DNA of 64,000 nucleotides from Candidatus Eiseniibacteriota bacterium (GTDB lineage Bacteria; Eisenbacteria; RBG-16-71-46). The translations under genes were made by a program, and so were the position numbers. Each line of letters starts with the position of its first letter. Position 1 is the first letter of the stretch. This document shows positions 59,319 through 64,000 of the stretch, one piece after another. The notes below the pieces were generated by a model. The model made no database searches. It worked only from the letters and a program-made list of their open reading frames with translations, and was not told the origin of the DNA. The stretch spans positions 64,001-128,000 of the forward strand of contig CAVQXP010000002.1 of NCBI GenBank assembly GCA_963717935.1, read 5' to 3'.

Positions 59319-59682
59319 CGTGCCAGGTCAGCCCCGGCGGGGTCCCGCGGCCGGTCCCGTTTCGGGGAAAGTGACCCAGATCCCGACACCTTTCGCTGCG
59401 GTCGGGCCGGGTGCCCCGGTGGCTCCGGTGCCGGGGCTCGACCCGCCGGCCGGGAGCGGCGCCGGACGCCGGAGGGTTGCTCCCGGAAGAGTCCGCCCGC
59501 GCAGGGTCTGGCGGGGCGTTGCAGCCCGCGTCGTCCGACGGCGCCCGGGATGCAGTTTCCAATTCGCGCCGCCCGGCGTGCGCGCCGTCGCGGGATGCAA
59601 TGACGCCCGTAGCCGGGCGTCCGCCGTGGGGTTCCGGGTGCGGTGCCCGCGCCATGGCGTTGCCCGACGCCATCCATGCGCA

Positions 59683-59698
59683 GGGCACGCTTCGTGCT
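59683..59698 (+). promoter_or_regulatory. Sigma54-like promoter
   Basis: GGGCACGCTTCGTGCT, GG-N10-GC, about 180 nt upstream of the FN3 operon. Confidence 0.45.
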
Positions 59699-59874
59699 GA
59701 ACGGCTGGGCGGTTTTCGTGGTCCGGACGTCTTGCGCGGGGCCCGAGAGCCGCCCAGGGAAGGACGGTCTCCGTGCCCTCCGCCCTTCCCCGGACCGACG
59801 ACCTCGGAACAGACCCGCGGAAGGCGCTCCGCCACCGGATTGCATCCCCGGTGGCGGACGTGCCGGAGGACCTG

Positions 59875-60687
59875 ATGAAGCATCCTTGCCTCGCATCTGC
59901 CCTCTGTCTCCTGCTCCTCGGGACCCTCGCGGCCGATTCCCTCGCCCAGAACGCGTGGGACAGCGTGCCGCTCAGCTGGACCGCGCCCGGCGACGACAGC
60001 CTCTCGGGCACGGCGACCCAGTACGACCTGCGCTACGCGACCTCGGTGATCACCGCCGAGAACTTCGCGAGCGCGACGCAGGCCACGGGCGAACCCACGC
60101 CGGGTGCGCCCGGCACGAGCCAGAGCCACACGGTGACGGGTCTCCAGCCCGCGACCACGTACTGGTTCGCCATCAAGACGGCCGACGACGCCGGCAACTG
60201 GGCGCTCCTCTCGAACGTGGTCTCCAGGGTCACCAGCGCCGCGCCCGATGTCATCCGGCCGGCTCCGGCGAGCGTGGCCGTCTCGGCCGTGAACGACAAC
60301 AGCGCGACGCTCGCCTGGACGGCGGTGGGGGACGACAGCCTCTCCGGTACCGCCACCTCGTACGAGGTCCGCTACTCGACCGCGCCCATCACGGACGCCA
60401 ACTTCGCGAGCGCGACCGCGGTCACGGGCGTGCCCGCGCCCGCCGCCCCCGGCACGGCGCAGAGCGTGGTGGTGGGCAGCCTGAACCGCCAGGTCACCTA
60501 CTACTTCGCGCTGCGGACGGCCGATGACGCCGGGAACCTCTCGGCGCTGTCGAACGTGCCCTCGGCGACCACGACCGACACCCTGGCCCCGGCCGCGATC
60601 CGCGACCTGGCCGCGAGCTTCGTCTGGATGTCATGGCACCTCTCGACGGGCCCGCCCGTGCGTGAGGCGCCGGAGGTCCGGTTGTGA
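59875..60687 (+). CDS. Exported protein with two FN3-like modules
   Basis: GGAGG RBS; signal peptide; twice WTA.GDDSLSGTAT.Y..RY...IT..NFASAT...FA..TADDAGN...LSNV. Confidence 0.82.
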   Translation: MKHPCLASALCLLLLGTLAADSLAQNAWDSVPLSWTAPGDDSLSGTATQYDLRYATSVITAENFASATQATGEPTPGAPGTSQSHTVTGLQPATTYWFAIKTADDAGNWALLSNVVSRVTSAAPDVIRPAPASVAVSAVNDNSATLAWTAVGDDSLSGTATSYEVRYSTAPITDANFASATAVTGVPAPAAPGTAQSVVVGSLNRQVTYYFALRTADDAGNLSALSNVPSATTTDTLAPAAIRDLAASFVWMSWHLSTGPPVREAPEVRL

Positions 60688-61697
60688 GCGATCGGTCACC
60701 CGCGCGTCCGCGCTGCCGCAGTCGGCGCGGGCGTGCCCACTGGCGCGAGTGGTTCCCCTGGTTTGCGGTGGCGGGGTTGTTGCTGCTCGCCCCGGCGCTC
60801 GTCCACGCTCAGGACGCGGCGCAGGACAGCGTGACGCTGCGCTGGACCGCCGTCGGCGATGACAGTCTCTCGGGCACGGCCGCGGCGTACGACCTGCGCA
60901 TGGCGGACTCGCCCATCACGGCGTTGACCTGGGACGCGGCCACGGTGCTGAGCGGGCTGCCCGTCCCGCTCGCGAGCGGGGTCAGGCAGCAGTTCGTCGT
61001 GCGCGGGCTGACCTCGGGCTCCATCTACTACTTCGGCCTGAGGGTGTGCGATGACGCCGGCAACTGGTCGGGCATCTCGAACGTGGTGCGCTGGGACGGC
61101 GTGCTGGACGAGGCGCCGCCCGCGGCCCCGGTCGGGCTCGTCAGCGAGTTGCAGGGGAACGGCATACACCTGACCTGGGCGCCGAGCGGCGCGCCGGACC
61201 TCGCCGGCTACTCGGTCTATCGCGCGACCGCCTCGGGTGGCTCGTACACCAAGCTCAATCTGGACCTGCTCACGGCGGCCGAATACCAGGACGACGCGCT
61301 GCCCCCGGTGGCGACCTCGATCTGGTACCAGGTCACCGCCAGCGACGTGAGCGGCAACGAGAGCGCCCGCAGCGCCAGCGTCCCGGGGGTGTCCATCGCG
61401 GAGTCGCCGGCGCTGGTCTGGCTCATCGCGTCCGCCTACCCGAACCCGAGCCGCGTGAGCGATCCGGTGCGCATCCCCGTGGACCTGGTGGACGCGGGGA
61501 GCGCGCACCTGGACGTCGTGGACGCGGCCGGGCATCTGGTGCGCCGGCTCGATCTGCGGGAACGCGCGCCCGGACACCAGGAGGTCGAATGGGATGGCAG
61601 GAACGACGCGGGGCGCGCGGCTGCGCCGGGGCCGTACCGGGCCTGGCTCGTCGCGGGCGACATGCGGTGCAGCACCCGCCTGGTGAGGGTGCCATGA
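60684..61697 (+). CDS. Exported FN3-FN3 protein with FlgD-Ig/T9SS-like CTD
   Basis: GTGA overlap; WTAVGDDSLSGTA module; DLAGYSVYR...DVSGNES; CTD AYPNP...DAAGHLVR...WDGRNDAG..AAPGPY. Confidence 0.82.
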   Translation: MSDRSPARPRCRSRRGRAHWREWFPWFAVAGLLLLAPALVHAQDAAQDSVTLRWTAVGDDSLSGTAAAYDLRMADSPITALTWDAATVLSGLPVPLASGVRQQFVVRGLTSGSIYYFGLRVCDDAGNWSGISNVVRWDGVLDEAPPAAPVGLVSELQGNGIHLTWAPSGAPDLAGYSVYRATASGGSYTKLNLDLLTAAEYQDDALPPVATSIWYQVTASDVSGNESARSASVPGVSIAESPALVWLIASAYPNPSRVSDPVRIPVDLVDAGSAHLDVVDAAGHLVRRLDLRERAPGHQEVEWDGRNDAGRAAAPGPYRAWLVAGDMRCSTRLVRVP

Positions 61698-62776
61698 GCC
61701 GGCGTCGTTGGCGGCGCACGGGACGCTCGAAGCAGGGCCGGGCCGCGATCGTGATGGCCGGGACGCTGCTCCTGATGCTGACCGTGTCCGCCCCCGTGCA
61801 GGGAGGGGGCGAGGCGGCCGGAACCACCGCGGCAGGCTTCCTCAGCGTCGGCACGGGCGCCGGAGTGCTGGGCCGGGGCGGTGCCACGCTCGGTCTCGGA
61901 GGCGACCTGGCCATCGTGCCGTGGAACGCGGCTGCGCTGGGCTGGCTCGACGAGACGCAGATCGCGCTCGCGCATGCCACGCTCGCGGACCAGGCGCAGC
62001 AGGAGTGGGCCGCAGTGGGCGGCCGCGCCGGCCACTCGCTGCTGCGCTGGTCGCTCGACGGCCTCTACCAGAGCGAGGGCTCGTTCGAGGGCCGTGACGC
62101 GCTCAACCAGCCCACCGAGAGCTTCGACGTCTCGAGCATGGCGGTGGGGTTCCACCTGGCGTGTCCGTTCGGGCCGTTCGCCACGGTGGGTGTGGGCGGC
62201 AAGTACGTCGGGGAGAACCTCGGCACCGTGAGCGGCACGGGCTACACGATGGACGCGGGGCTCCAGGTGCGCGCCGGGATCCTGGGCGCCGGGGTCGCGG
62301 TCACCAACCTCGGCGGCGGCATGAGCTACGGCGGCGAGCGCTACGACCTGCCCATGAACCTGGGGCTCGGCGCGGCGCTCGACCTGCCGGGCACGGGGCT
62401 GCGGTTCGCGCTCGACGCGAACTTCCCGCGCGCCTACTACGAGGACGTGCGCGTCGGCGCGGAGTGGCGCTGGCGCGACCTCGTGGCGCTGCGCGCGGGC
62501 TACCGGAGCGAACTCGACGCTCCGGCGGATCTGGGCGAGGGCGGGCCGAGCTTCGGCGTCGGCGCCGGGGCGCACGGCATGTGGGTCGACTACGGCTACC
62601 TCGTCCCCGGCGCGGGCGAGGGGCAGCACCGGCTCTCGGTCACCTTGCGGCCAGGCCGGTTCGCCTGGCTCAGCGGCGACCCGTTCGGCCAGAAGAGCAT
62701 GCCGCGGTCCTTCGACGAGAAGACTCCGGCGGGCGTGCCCGCGACGCCGCGGGAGGAAACGGCGCAGCCCAGGTAG
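61694..62776 (+). CDS. PorV/PorQ-family outer-membrane beta-barrel
   Basis: ATGA overlap; AGTTAAGFLSVGTGA..LGRGGA...WNAAAL; alternating beta strands; VGAEW, ALRAGY, SFGVG, VDYGY, HRLSV. Confidence 0.8.
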   Translation: MSRRRWRRTGRSKQGRAAIVMAGTLLLMLTVSAPVQGGGEAAGTTAAGFLSVGTGAGVLGRGGATLGLGGDLAIVPWNAAALGWLDETQIALAHATLADQAQQEWAAVGGRAGHSLLRWSLDGLYQSEGSFEGRDALNQPTESFDVSSMAVGFHLACPFGPFATVGVGGKYVGENLGTVSGTGYTMDAGLQVRAGILGAGVAVTNLGGGMSYGGERYDLPMNLGLGAALDLPGTGLRFALDANFPRAYYEDVRVGAEWRWRDLVALRAGYRSELDAPADLGEGGPSFGVGAGAHGMWVDYGYLVPGAGEGQHRLSVTLRPGRFAWLSGDPFGQKSMPRSFDEKTPAGVPATPREETAQPR

Positions 62777-62805
62777 CCGGCCCTTCTCCCGGGGGCCGAA
62801 GCACG

Positions 62806-62831
62806 CGGGCCCGGACGCAAGTCCGGGCCCG
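62806..62831. terminator. GNRA-loop hairpin between convergent genes
   Basis: cgggcccggac-gcaa-gtccgggcccg. Confidence 0.6.
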
Positions 62832-62857
62832 TGGCGTTTCGTGGGCGCTCCGCGGAG

Positions 62858-64000
<1,143 letters not shown>

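Overview
A 64-kb window from a very GC-rich diderm bacterium. The gene content (FlgD-Ig/T9SS-like C-terminal domains, a PorV-family barrel, TonB receptor) fits an FCB-related lineage such as Ca. Eisenbacteria; this taxonomy is inference. About 52 genes, with no rRNA, tRNA, CRISPR array or recognisable transposase/integrase. Main blocks: (1) acyl-CoA dehydrogenase, an atypical interrupted ORF, a YidE/YbjL transporter, fabI and two tandem KimA-like APC transporters with near-identical 3' ends and matching leaderless promoters; (2) a cobalamin riboswitch, BtuB-like receptor and beta-propeller, then exported FN3 and peptidase proteins sharing one ~90-aa C-terminal sorting-like domain (CTD); (3) lrp-lat, a NUDIX-MBL fusion and an HI0933 flavoprotein; (4) a nadE-like/asnB/AMP-ligase/ACP/SGNH/GNAT/GT4/flippase surface-glycan tailoring cluster; (5) a compact type IV pilus operon whose PilT lacks both His-box histidines, divergent from an FN3-FN3/CTD-PorV operon. 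Most interesting: a T9SS-like CTD/PorV export system with at least five cargos, sigma54-type promoters before both FN3 loci, tandem D-S-[LIA] O-glycosylation-like sequons, and a structured pil leader. About seven single-base frameshifts are probably assembly errors.
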